A stretch of 49,546 nt of DNA from Basidiobolus meristosporus CBS 931.73 (taxonomy: Eukaryota > Fungi > Basidiobolomycota): the NCBI GenBank assembly GCA_002104905.1, contig MCFE01000654.1:1-49546 (forward strand). Direction: 5' to 3'. The notes below the pieces were generated by a model, which worked only from the letters and a program-made list of their open reading frames with translations, did not search any database and was not told the DNA's origin. A program made the position numbers and the translations under genes. Numbering within the stretch: the first letter of the stretch is position 1; each line of letters starts with the position of its first letter. Below, in pieces: positions 27,185 through 37,703 of this stretch.

Positions 27185-27981
27185 ATGAAAATCGTCTACC
27201 CCGCCTTACTATGTGGCCTGTATCTTGCTGACTTGATAGCTGGATACAGTATTTACGTACAGCCCAGATCGGCGGAGTGCTTTTTTGAAGAGCTGAAGAA
27301 GGACGAGAAGATCACTGTATCGTACGAAGTAGGCGGAGCTGGACACTACGCGGTCGATTTTAAGGTAGCTTTGGCTGGGGCAGGGATGGTTGTTTTCTGC
27401 GCTTTCTGACGCGGCTTAGATGGTAGACCCGCAAGGCAGGGTGATCCAAAACCTAAGGGACAGACCCAGCGGCCAAGTGACAGTGGAGGTGGCCATTCCA
27501 GGGAAATTCACCTACTGCTTCCAGAACGAGGACTCCAACATGGTGGAGAAGACCGTGCTGTGGAATATCCATGGCCTTGAAAGGGATTCCGCTACGCCGG
27601 AGAAAGAGAACGAAGAAGGTACGTGGTGGGTGGTCTCCGGTATTGGTATTACTCTTACACACCCACGTAATCGCTAGGTGAAATGAACCCCATCGAGATT
27701 GAGATTGCCAAGTTGGCAGAGGGGATCTATCAAATCAAGGATCAACAAGAGTACATGGTCACTCGCGAGGAGAGTCACCGAAACAGTAAGTATCTCGTGT
27801 TCTGTTGCTTCAACACCAGACCACCCTTCTGACTCGGATCTTAACCTACTCTGTAGCTGCCGAAAGTACCAATTCTAGAGTCAAGTGGTGGTATGTGTTC
27901 CAGTCGGGAGTGCTGGTCGGCATGTGCGCCTTCCAGATCTACTACTTGAAGCATTTCTTCGAGAGCAAAAGAACCGTCTAA
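27185..27981 (+). CDS. EMP24: p24 family cargo receptor, beta subfamily (Emp24/TMED2)
   Basis: Signal peptide, GOLD domain (ECFFEEL, YCFQN), AESTNSRVKWW, TM segment and a C-terminal YYLKHFFESKRTV tail. Confidence 0.9.
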
Positions 27982-28453
27982 GGCTCACCCCCTCGTATAT
28001 ATCTACACATGTGAGGTAGAACCACCACCGTGCATTATCAATATAGGTCACTGTGGCTTTACTTTTCCTTTCTTATTCGATATTTTTAATGGTTGTGCTG
28101 TCAATATACATGGAGTTTCTTTGACCCACCCTGACTGTGATCAACGGGTGGGCAGAGAAAGATTAGCAGTAATAAAATTCAGTGGTTAGCCCCAGATGCC
28201 CTGGATGCTTCCCCGGCTCGGTGGGTATATGCGCAGTTAACCAATGCTGGTTAAATCCAAACAACCATTTGCGGAGGTATAGACAACATTCAAAATTTGA
28301 TGTTTGATCAAAGCGAAAAAATTCTCATTTCGAGCACGGTCATCGCGGGGTAAGGGTAGAGGGGTGATAGCGAGAAATATGATTCTTATGCGAATGAAAA
28401 TTTGAATCTTTATCCTTTAACTTGGCAACCTTCAGGAACGTCGTAGCATCGAG

Positions 28454-29232
28454 ATGGTAAAGAAAAGAAAGGCTTTGTTTAGCGCCGCCAGAGGCTTGGT
28501 CAGAATGTCCTGGAACAAGTACAACCTGTACAACCTGGTCCAGAGAGGTTTGAAGCCCAAGGATATGTCCAACAAGACACTTTACCAACAACGCTGGCAG
28601 GCCAAAAAAGACACTCGTGGTTATCACGGTCAATACGTTATCAACGAACGTCAATGGAAGGCCATGTTCAAGCCCAACCTCCCTACTGCCAACACAAAGC
28701 TAGGTGGTGACGATCGCGTCCCTCACCCCTCCGTGGCCTCTTTGACCTTTGCGGAAATGGAGCGCCGTTTGGACTTCATCATCTTCAGAAGCCATTTCTG
28801 CTCCAGTATCAACCAAGCTAGACAAGCCATTCTTCACGGTAACGTGTATGTCAACGAAAAGAAGGTATGTATCGAACAATATGACTGTATACTTAACATG
28901 GTCTAGCTGATATTAACCGTACTTTTCCTCACGCTCAGTTGCCTTATCCTTCCCATAGAGTAAAGGATGGAGATGTCGTTCGTATTGAGCCATCCGCTGT
29001 CTGCACCCTCTCCGGCACCCCTGGTCAGGAACTTACGTTCACCCCCAAGCCCTACCAGCAGCCATGGATGTTCCTTCCCGATTACTTGGAAGTCAACTAC
29101 AACACCTGCTCCACTATCTTCTTGAGATCCCCCATCTCCAAGCCCGGAAAGGTAGAAGTTCCTTCACCCTTCCCACCAGAGGTTCATGCCCTTGCCTATG
29201 AATTCTACGTCAAGAAGGGAAAAACTTCATAG
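28454..29232 (+). CDS. NAM9: Mitochondrial ribosomal protein uS4m (Nam9)
   Basis: VRMSWNKYNLYNL, KTLYQQRWQAKKDTRGYHG, MERRLDFIIFRSHF and PKPYQQPWMFLPDYLEV. One intron at ~28864-28939. Confidence 0.92.
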
Positions 29233-29412
29233 ATTCCTTCGCCCCAAGTATCCAACAAACCCTCTTTGCCATTCGCCTATGTCATTCATTCTATGTTTCC
29301 CAAGATAGACTTGGTGGTTTCGAATCATTCATCTTTTCATTTCGCATAGTACACTGAACCATTAAAAATATAAACAAAACGTCTATCGCCATTACTCTCG
29401 CCACCACTTTGG

Positions 29413-29467
29413 CCATAACCATAACCATAACCATATCCATATCCATAACCATCACGGTCACGGTCAC
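29413..29467. repeat. Degenerate hexamer tandem repeat (CCATAA/CCATAT grading into CGGTCA)
   Basis: ccataaccataaccataaccatatccatatccataaccatcacggtcacggtcac in the NAM9-TIM50 intergenic region. Confidence 0.85.
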
Positions 29468-29657
29468 TTTGCCGCCATCATGATGTGCTAATAATTCTGG
29501 GGAGGTTTAATGGTGAAAAATTTCCTTCCCGATCTTTCGCTGCGATTTATCCATAATCAGAAATAAAATTTCGAATATCGTGAGGTTAAATTTTGGCTTT
29601 TGGTGTACATCATAAGCTAGAGAAACTTTCCCTACCCGAGTGCATTATTTCCTCAAG

Positions 29658-31355
29658 ATGTTCTCCAGAAGACTCCCCTCCATACTGTCACGCACCCCTT
29701 TGGTTGCCAGATACACTACAAACACCTCCAAGGGTTTGGCTCAAGACATTCTTGAACAAAAGGTCAGCCAAACCGCCGGGAAGAGCCTTAAAGCCAAGAA
29801 GCCGTCCAAGCCCAAGGGCTCTGACAAAGGATGGCAAATTGGTTTGGGTGTTACTGCCGGTTTACTGACATTCACTGGCGGTGTTTTTGGATACCTTGGT
29901 CAGTTTCAACAAGAAGTTTGCTTGGCGTTGGTTTAGTGCTCACATTTCTTTACAATACAGGCAGACCATATGATTCAGAGGATAAGAATCAGGTTTGTTC
30001 GACGTAAGGTTCCCCTTTACCCCCACATCGCCCTAACCATTGGAATAACAGAAGGAGGACGAATCTCTCCTAGCTGCCTACAAAAGACGTGCTGAAGAGC
30101 GCGTGAATTCCACCATTCAGGTTCGCATGATGTTTCCCACGACCAGCAAGGGCCGTTTATTTAGCTTTGGATGTTCAGTATTTTAGCGAGCCTGCGTGGG
30201 AACAGCTTTTGCCTGATCCTCTTCCCGCCCCTTACCAACGCCCATACACACTGGTCATCAATCTGGACGAGACCCTTATTCATTCTACCTGGGATGTACG
30301 TATACCCTTCGCAGTGATGTATTTTAGCCTAGCGCTCAGCCGGTATTTTTAGATGGAGCACGGGTGGAGAATTGCTAAACGCCCTGGCGTCGACTACTTC
30401 TTGGCCTATCTGTCCCAATTCTACGAAATCATCGTCTTCACCTCACAGAACTCTATGGTAGGTGGTATGCCAAACTCTTAACCTGCTGATGGATCTAACA
30501 CTCCCCAAGAATGCCATGCCCATTCTTGACAAGCTCGATCCCTATCAATACATCATGTACAGACTCTACCGTGAAGCAACCCGCTACATCGATGGCGACT
30601 ACGTCAAGGTATGAGCCGTTGGCAATAGCTAACACCTCCCGACCTAACCACTGACCATCACACATACAGGATATCAGCCGATTGAACCGTGATCCCTCCA
30701 AGGTGATCATCATGGATTCCAACCCTAAGGCATACTCCCTCCAGCCTGAGAATGCGGTTGCCGTCAAGCCCTGGAAGGGTGAATCTGGAGATAACTACCT
30801 CTTGTCCATGATTCCCTTCCTTGAGAGTAAGTGGCGCGAAGAATATTGTCGCCGAATGGCAGTGATTAATGATGATCCATTTGCATAGGCTTGGTTCTCA
30901 TGGACATCCCTGATGTGCGTCCAGTGTGCCAAAACTACTACGGCAAGGACATCCCCCACGAATTCCAGGAGTGGGAAAACCAAATGAAGCAGCAGATCCG
31001 CATCCAATGGGAGGAGCAGAATCAGAACAAAAAGAAGGGCCTTGCCAGCCTGCTAGGTGGTGGCGGTCATGTAAGTTGATTCCCAAGAATCGCGCGAGGA
31101 TAGACACTCATTGGTTGATTGTAGCAAGAGCAAGGGCCAGTCTGGTACTTGGAAGAACAGCGTAAGCAACTCCACCAAACCTTTGCCCAGGAGCACGATG
31201 CCATGCAAGAGGCTGCTAAGGAGCAACTCAAAATGATCCAGGAGGAACAAGCCAAACAGGTCAAGGACATGAAGATGACCGTCTGGCAGCTAGTAACCCA
31301 GGGAGCACCTGCCCCTGGCCAGGAGGGCGAGGCCCCAGCCAGCCAACAAAAATAA
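29658..31355 (+). CDS. TIM50: Mitochondrial import inner membrane translocase subunit Tim50
   Basis: Presequence, one TM segment, [53 protein letters not shown] and NRDPSKVI. Multi-exon. Confidence 0.95.
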
Positions 31356-31790
31356 ACCAGGCACCATTTTAGAACAGTCAACATCCCGAGCAGTGAAATA
31401 AGTTAGCTTACTGCCATGCTCCGATCACACACACATTCGCATTTGGCCATTTGTTCCGAGCAAAATGGTAGCAATCTATTTGAAATAAACTGCACTTTCT
31501 TCCAGAATCCCACCAGGAAAAGCCAAGCTATATAACACGATCCGCAGGATATCATTGGGCCATCCGGACCACCGGTTTTTTTTCTTTTCTCGAGGGGATT
31601 TTTTTTCCTGCGCATTTTTTCGAAGGGGGGGATTTTTTTTTTCGCCTAGTAAAGCGGCCGACGGGCTATGGAGATTTTTTTCAGCTCGGTTTTTCTTACC
31701 CAGAAGTGACTTCGGCTTGCGCTCTCTTCCTTTGTCAACGGAATAGAAATACTCTCTTAGACTAAGTACCTTCTAACTAAACTTATCATA

Positions 31791-32867
31791 ATGGCTTTTG
31801 GTTGGTGTCACCCCTTTGCTTCTAGCCTCCCTTCTTCGACGGAACACTAACCCTTTTGATGAATCTCTAGAAAATCGTGGCGGTCGTGGTGGTGCTCGTG
31901 GTGGTGCCCGTGGTGGTTTCGGCGGTGGTCGTGGTGGTGCTCGTGGCGGCTTCGGCGGTGGTCGCGGTGGAGGCCGTGGTGGCTTCGGTGGTGGTCGCGG
32001 TGGTGCCCGTGGCGGCCGTGGTGGTGCTCGTGGCGGTGCTCGCGGTAATTATCTTGACGAGTTCGATATCCGAGAACCAGTGGACTAAATTGATACGTAT
32101 TTGCAGGTGGCCGTGGCGGTGCTCGCGGTGGTGCCGGACCTAAGGGCGGCAACAAGGTTGTTGTCGAGCCTCACAGACATGCCGGTGTCTTCATTGCCCG
32201 TGGTAAGGAAGATCTCTTGGTCACCAAGAACTTGACTCCCGGAGAATCCGTCTACGGTGAGAAGAGAATTTCCGTTGAGGGACCTGAGGGTACCAAGACC
32301 GAATACCGTGTCTGGAACCCCTTCCGTTCCAAGTTGGCTGCCGGTATCTTGGGTGGTGTTGATAACATCCATATCAAGCCTGGTTCTAGAGTTTTGTACC
32401 TTGGTGGTTCCAGCGGTACCACTGTTTCCCACGTTGCCGATATCGTTGGTCCCGAGGGTATCGTCTACGCTGTCGAGTTCTCTCACCGCTCCGGCCGTGA
32501 CTTGATCAACATGGCCAAGAAGCGTACCAACGTTATTCCTATCATCGAAGATGCCCGTCATCCTCACAAGTACCGTATGCTCATTGACTTGGTCGATGTC
32601 GTGTTCGCTGATGTTGCCCAGCCCGATCAAGCTCGTATTATCGCCTTGAACGCCCACAACTTCTTGAAGGCCGAGGGTCATATCGTGATCTCCATCAAGG
32701 CCAACTGCATTGACTCCACAGTCGAGGCCGTCAAGGTGTTCGCTTCCGAAGTCAAGAAGCTTCAACAAGAGCGTATCAAGCCTCAAGAGCAACTTACCCT
32801 TGAGCCATATGAGCGTGACCACGCCTTGGTTGTCGGTGTGTACAGACCCACTCCCAAGAAAGCTTAA
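31791..32867 (+). CDS. NOP1: Fibrillarin (box C/D snoRNP 2'-O-methyltransferase)
   Basis: RGG/GAR repeat N-terminus, [39 protein letters not shown] and [10 protein letters not shown]. Introns 31801-31870 and 32045-32106. Confidence 0.98.
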
Positions 32868-33218
32868 GCTCCCCCAACGATACGATCGATGTTAATATAG
32901 CTTTGAATTTCATAATATTTCCTTGTTTCTAGTTGAAATGAATGCTGTTTCTTTGTTCTCCCCCTTGAATTGATTGTTTTCCTATCCTCCCACTCTTTCA
33001 TACTAGACCATGGTGAGTTCACCCTTGCACCATTTCGTTGAAGACTTCGACCAATTTCATCTCGATAGATCCGATGCTCCGATATACATCTAAATAAATG
33101 TTCTCATTTATTAATGGTTGATCACCAAAGTTCTGTCGAATGGTAGCAGAAACTGATGACATACGTAAGTTATGCTATATGCATACACTCAACTATCGTA
33201 CAGCAAAGTCCCAATTGG

Positions 33219-33332
33219 CTACGACATTATCCATCTTACCTTGAAGCACTTTGAGCTCGAATCGAAAGTGCTGATGATTTCAGGAAGTGTTACTCCATCT
33301 TTTGGAAAGTATGAGCGCAGATGTTGAAACAT
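33219..33332 (-). pseudogene. Orphan duplicate of dysbindin-like exon 1
   Basis: MFQHLRSYFPKDGVTLPEIISTF is identical to exon 1 at 37274-37192. It then diverges and stops, and no downstream dysbindin exons follow. Confidence 0.8.
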
Positions 33333-33539
33333 CGGTAGAGTTGGGTAAGCAATAGTGTGTAGTAGAGTACCACTTAGATAAGTAGTCTCAATCTTCATAT
33401 GCAAATTCCACCATCACCACTTGCTACGTCATAAATGAATCAATCTTCAAATCCACCTTAATCCATCTGGACTCATGCCTTCACTCATTACTCAACAACA
33501 ATCCAGTCATCGTACACAATAAGCCGATATCTTTGCAAA

Positions 33540-33540
33540 T

Positions 33541-33571
<31 letters not shown>

Positions 33572-33578
33572 CATATAC
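33540..33578. repeat. (CA)n(TA)n compound microsatellite, copy A
   Basis: acacacacacacacacacacatatatatatacatatacac; the copy at 37482-37530 is longer. Confidence 0.92.
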
Positions 33579-33755
33579 ACATTTATTTGATGTTGATACA
33601 TAGTAGGAAACTCAGCATGTACTACTGCTACTCTCGACGACATGAAATGGCTGCCTAGAAACGAGTGATTCGTTAGTCTCTTCGCACACTTGCATTGTTG
33701 CTGTGTGCACGACCACCGACAGTGCTCGTTCAGTTCTCCTGGCTCAAGTGACAAA

Positions 33756-33833
33756 CATCTCAGGGAACCTTTCCTCGTCACTGTATATCGGACGGCACTT
33801 CCTAATATGTTTTGGTTGATTTCATCATGTTAT
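33756..33833 (-). ncRNA. Box C/D snoRNA candidate, target unassigned (copy A)
   Basis: C box ATGATGA (33828-33822), D' CCGA, C' GTGACGA, D box CTGA (33763-33760). Terminal AACAT/ATGTT stem and outer GGCTCAAG/CTTGAGCC stem. Lies downstream of a GTAAGC donor. Confidence 0.75.
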
Positions 33834-34117
33834 GCCTGTCTCCTTGAGCCACTCCCACAAACTAAACAACCTCTGGCTTCTGTGATACGCGCACACTCGC
33901 TATCAGTGTTTCTTGCTTACCAGAGTTGCTCGCCGGGCTGTGTTCTCAGGATACATGGGTCACTCCTGGCAGTGCGGTGTGTTCATGTGCTTGCTATACA
34001 TTGCTTTACTGTAGAAATACATTAGTATTTGTCTCTCTCATTCCGAGTACTCAGTCTCGGCACAGCTCATCATTTGCTGTGCCCTGACTGATCAGCTAGG
34101 GTAGCGTTGTTGCACGT

Positions 34118-34207
34118 AGTTCAGACATCCAAGGAAGAAATTGCCAGCATCGGACTCTCGTCCTTCGGTGGAAACTGCGAATTGGTGTCGGTTTTTCATC
34201 ATTTACG
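34118..34207 (-). ncRNA. U14: U14 (snR128/SNORD14) box C/D snoRNA, paralog a, copy A
   Basis: C box ATGATGA; domain A ATTCGCAGTTTCCAC, antisense to 18S GUGAAACUGCGAAU; domain B TTCCTTGGATGT-CTGA, antisense to 18S ACAUCCAAGGAA; CACGTA/TACGTG terminal stem. Confidence 0.95.
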
Positions 34208-34443
34208 TGTTCACCCCTCCCCCTTTCAGGTCAACAACGCTACTCTCGCTGATTTGTAACTGTGAACTATGCCTACCTGTTCTGTTGCCTCTTGGACCTC
34301 ATTTATCACCAGGATGTTGCTTTCATTATATACTACGTGGTACTTGTGTGCTGTAGAAACCATGAGTTAGCTCGTTATTCTCTTCATTCACTACGCGAGT
34401 AGAGACCAGGCTCCGGTTTCTCGCTAGTAGGGGACTGCTTCAA

Positions 34444-34533
34444 TGTTCAGACATCCAAGGAAGAAATTGCCAGCATTGGACTCTCGTCCTTCGGTGGAAA
34501 CTGCGAATTGGTAAATTGCTTTCATCATCTGAA
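34444..34533 (-). ncRNA. U14: U14 box C/D snoRNA, paralog b, copy A
   Basis: Same domain A and B guides and C/D boxes. Flanked by a GCTAGTAGGGG/CCCCTACTAGC stem. Confidence 0.95.
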
Positions 34534-34791
34534 GATGTCCCCCTACTAGCTTGCTCCCGGTGCAAGCCTATGGCTCTCGTTGCTTACCTGGTGCTTGTTG
34601 ATAGTCCTGCTATCCACCTTGCTCAGCTATCGTGCTGATCCGCGTATTTACATACAGTACACTGTTGGTCCTATTCATCATTCTAAACATCATGGTTAGC
34701 TAAAGGCTCACACAATCCACCCATCACATACTCCGGATGTCAGGAAGTCATTCCTCAATTGGTAGCATGTCAGCATGAGCTCGAAACTCTT

Positions 34792-34905
34792 ACGGTCAGT
34801 CAATCATACTGGCAAGTATAAAACACCCTCAGCGAAGGGCATTCCGGTTGTATCTTCATGGTCGATAAGACGGGTTGAAGACATATTTGGTTATCGTCAT
34901 TCCGT
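34792..34905 (-). ncRNA. snR190: snR190-like box C/D snoRNA, paralog a, copy A
   Basis: C box ATGACGA, internal TCGACCATGAAGA and CTTGCCAGT elements recalled from yeast snR190, D box CTGA, ACGG/CCGT terminal stem, linkage to U14. Confidence 0.72.
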
Positions 34906-35164
34906 TCTTTCCTTGGCCCTCTCGTGCCTCTCCCCCGCTCTCACTGCCACTGCTACCAATTGACTCCTGCCTTCCTGTTCGCATCACCCAGTAAACTCGA
35001 AACATTTGCTCACCTTAGTATCTGTTAGGTCTGCGGTCTTGGTAACTTGTGATGAGTCCTGCTCGTGGCCGTTTCTACCTCGAGACCTGTAAATGGTTTC
35101 CAGATTAGTACTCTGCCTCAAACTGACTGATACCAGCTGTCTTGCAGCTTGGCTAACAATGTAT

Positions 35165-35278
35165 GCGGTCAGTGAAGTATACTGGCAAGTATGAAACACC
35201 CTCAGCGAAGGGCATTTGGGTTGTATCTTCATGGTCGATAAGACGGGTTGAAGACAATTTTGGTGTTCATCATTCCGC
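35165..35278 (-). ncRNA. snR190: snR190-like box C/D snoRNA, paralog b, copy A
   Basis: C box ATGATGA directly after a GTAAGC donor, same internal elements, GCGG/CCGC terminal stem. Confidence 0.72.
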
Positions 35279-35526
35279 TTACATTGCTGCCGTCAAGTCG
35301 ACAAACAGCCTTCCCTCCACAGTCACTCTCGAGGCGAGTGTCTGGGAGATGGGCCTGCGGGTTGGACTGGACTGGACTGGACTGAACTGAACTGAACTTA
35401 AAACTCACCTTATCACTACAAGCACCGAGTTGTCATTGTGTGCTGCGACTAGAAGAAGTGGTTTGTTGAGAAGTCATCGAGGTTGCTTTTATCCCATCGC
35501 TCAACAGCAAACGAAATCATTGGAAG

Positions 35527-35543
35527 AATTTTTTTTTCATCGC
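35527..35543 (-). promoter_or_regulatory. Composite PAC/RRPE-like element (GCGATGAAAAAAAAATT), copy A
   Basis: Resembles the yeast ribosome-biogenesis motifs GCGATGAG and TGAAAAATTT. Lies ~40-50 nt upstream of a GATAAAAG TATA-like box of the snoRNA host transcript. Confidence 0.4.
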
Positions 35544-35777
35544 ACGAGCATTACAGGGATCCCTGAATACACTAGATCATTGATAACGGACTATTGGGGG
35601 AATAAAGAAATCAATACGACACACTATCCATGATCTCCAGAAATATCTAGAAATTTCCCATTTCTCGATATGTCGAATAATTAAAATGGATCATAAAACT
35701 AGGTCATCTACTTTATGTTTACAAATGTGCGAGGAAATATTGATGGTGGATATTACGACGGATACTACAAGAGGGAA

Positions 35778-37274
35778 TTAAAAATCATCATCGACATAAT
35801 CTTCATCCGGAATAACTAGTAAATTTGTCTCCTCCTCTTTGGATGGACTAGCAGTATGGTCTATAGCGGTGTTCTGATAAGTGTGAGCTAGAAAGTGTAC
35901 GAGAGCAAGGGAGTTGATCGAATCGCTAACCTCTTCGTCACTGATATCCCCCAGGAAATCATTCAGTTCATCTTGATTATCTTCTATCACCAGACTTTCC
36001 AAGTTCGGCACTGAGGCTATGCTTGAGGTTCTTGATGTTGCTATAAGAATAACAATACACATTAGATACCGATAAAGCAAACATTACGTCGGAAAGAACA
36101 ATTACTTGAGTTGAATGACATCTCGCTATTCTTCCGGTACATTTCCATTTGATGCTCGAAATTTCTCTGATAAGCCGTTCTTTTGCGCGACATGTTATCG
36201 CGCAATGTCTTTTCCAGCTGCACCTCCATCGCAGCTTTCTTATCGGCATACCGGGCCCTAAATAAATGGATGATTAACGCCCTTACTCGGTCTAAACGAT
36301 CCAAATCTTCCCCGATGTATTTACTTCTGCTCGTTCTTGTACGTTTCGAATTCCCGGATTTTCGCTGCTTTCCACTCTTTGAATTCATTTTCTTCGGCCT
36401 GCTCTAACAGCTGAGAGAATTTGGAGTCGATCCACTCAGCCTTTCGTTTCAGGTTGACTACCAATGTCGCTCAATTTGGTGGCGAACGGGTAGAGATTTG
36501 CTGGAATGCACATACCTATAGTCCCCTTGACCTCCTCCACCACCTCTTTGACCCCCGATAGGTGGTTGAGTTCCCTTTTGAACTGTTCACAGGAATTGTA
36601 ATGCTCCTCGCACTTGCTGCGTACCTCAGTGATTAAATTATCCGCCGCCTAAAGAAAGATTCGAGGGACGTATGTATACATATTTGCTTTCCCCGCCACC
36701 AAGATCAAGATGAAAACACCTACGCTGGCCAAACGAGCATTCTCACTATTGCGAGCTTTGATATGGTTCCATTCGGCTTCGTACCTAGCAAGTGGAGAAT
36801 TGAGTATGCTGGAGAACTCCTAAAGTATGCGAGCAAAGGTGGTCGTACTTCTTGGCCAGGATCAAACCACAATCAAGGTTGAAGGTAGAATACTCCGCCG
36901 TCGTGTTAGGGTGGGTGGAGGGCGCAACGTTACTCGCTCCGGAAGCGTTGTTCAAAACCGAGCCGAAATGTTTCGAGATTTCCGAACGTAACTTATTCAA
37001 CTTGCTCGACCTACACAAGAAAGGACGAACAGGTCAGGAAGGTGCAAGCTCGGAGGCTATACTCAATCTAACTCGTCTCTACCCTAAGTTTCCTTGTTGC
37101 CCTTCTGCTGAGCTAATGCAAAAAATGTCAGGAACGTTATGTGTACCACCTTTGGTAAAGAAAGCTTGGCGCTCGAGTGAGTGTGAGGTACCTTGAGTTC
37201 GAACCGAAGGTGCTGATGATTTCAGGAAGTGTTACTCCATCTTTTGGAAAGTATGAGCGCAGATGTTGAAACAT
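35778..37274 (-). CDS. Dysbindin (DTNBP1/BLOC1S8)-like coiled-coil protein, ~8 exons
   Basis: Spliced product MFQHLRSYF..NLDCGLILAKKYEAEWNHIKARNSENARLASAADNLITEV..FKEWKAAKIREFETYKNEQ..RKRTAYQRNFEHQMEMYRK..SVPNLESLVIEDNQDELNDFLGD. This parallels dysbindin (GLxLLSRYEDTW..QKFFEEAFQQDMEQY..DQEALDVFL). All inferred introns are GT-AG. Confidence 0.75.
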
Positions 37275-37481
37275 CGGTAGCGTTGGGTAAGCAATAGGGT
37301 GTAGTAGAGTACCACTTAGATCAGTAGTCTCAATCTTCATATGCAAATTTCACCATCACCACTTGGTACGTCATAAATGATTCAATCTTCAAATCCACCT
37401 TAATCCATCTGGACTCATGCCTTCACTCTTTACTCAACAACAATCTAGTCATTGTACACAATAAGCCGATATCTTTGCAAA

Positions 37482-37482
37482 T

Positions 37483-37521
<39 letters not shown>

Positions 37522-37530
37522 CATATACAC
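37482..37530. repeat. (CA)n(TA)n compound microsatellite, copy B
   Basis: Longer allele of the repeat at 33540-33578. Confidence 0.92.
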
Positions 37531-37703
37531 ATTTATTTGATGTTGATACATAGTAGAACTCAGCTTGTACTACTGCTACTCTCGACGACATGAAATGGCT
37601 GCCTAGAAACGAGTGATTCGTTAGTCTCTTCGCACACTTGCATTGTTGCTGTGTGCACGACCACCGACAGTGCTCGTTCAGTTCTCCTGGCTCAAGTGAC
37701 AAA

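Larger units (their letters stand above)
33250..35567. repeat. Direct segmental duplication, copy A (snoRNA array plus dysbindin exon 1)
   Basis: Near-identical to 37191-39509 (offset ~3.94 kb). Identity ends after ..gggatccctgaa on the right and at the dysbindin exon 1 donor region on the left. Confidence 0.97.

Noticed and set aside
28125-28160. CCCACCC/GGGTGGG hairpin followed by an ANANNA-like box
   Set aside because: Single short stem with no second hairpin or ACA box; not enough to call an H/ACA RNA.
29413-29467. Telomere-like repeat or His/Gly-Tyr micropeptide
   Set aside because: CCATAA is not the TTAGGG-type unit and is interstitial. The HNHN and GYGY frames lack an in-frame ATG.
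32085-32822. 245-aa antisense ORF and His/Arg-rich ORF 31847-32155 opposite NOP1
   Set aside because: By-products of biased codons and of the GGT/CGT RGG repeat.
34119-35260. Paired ~70-90 bp repeats as a CRISPR-like array or MITE/SINE
   Set aside because: Eukaryotic locus with irregular spacing and no TIR or TSD. The repeats are explained as U14 and snR190-like paralogs.
33488-35633. Short ORFs duplicated in both 2.3-kb units (e.g. MHCCCVHD.., MSSKLLRS..)
   Set aside because: They overlap snoRNA and intron sequence, carry no motifs and recur only because the DNA is duplicated.
37310-37440. Possible sixth C/D snoRNA (ATGAAGA..TTGAGACTA-CTGA, weak 18S complement)
   Set aside because: No good C box or terminal stem, and CTGA is lost in copy A. 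The motif fits better as an intron branch point.
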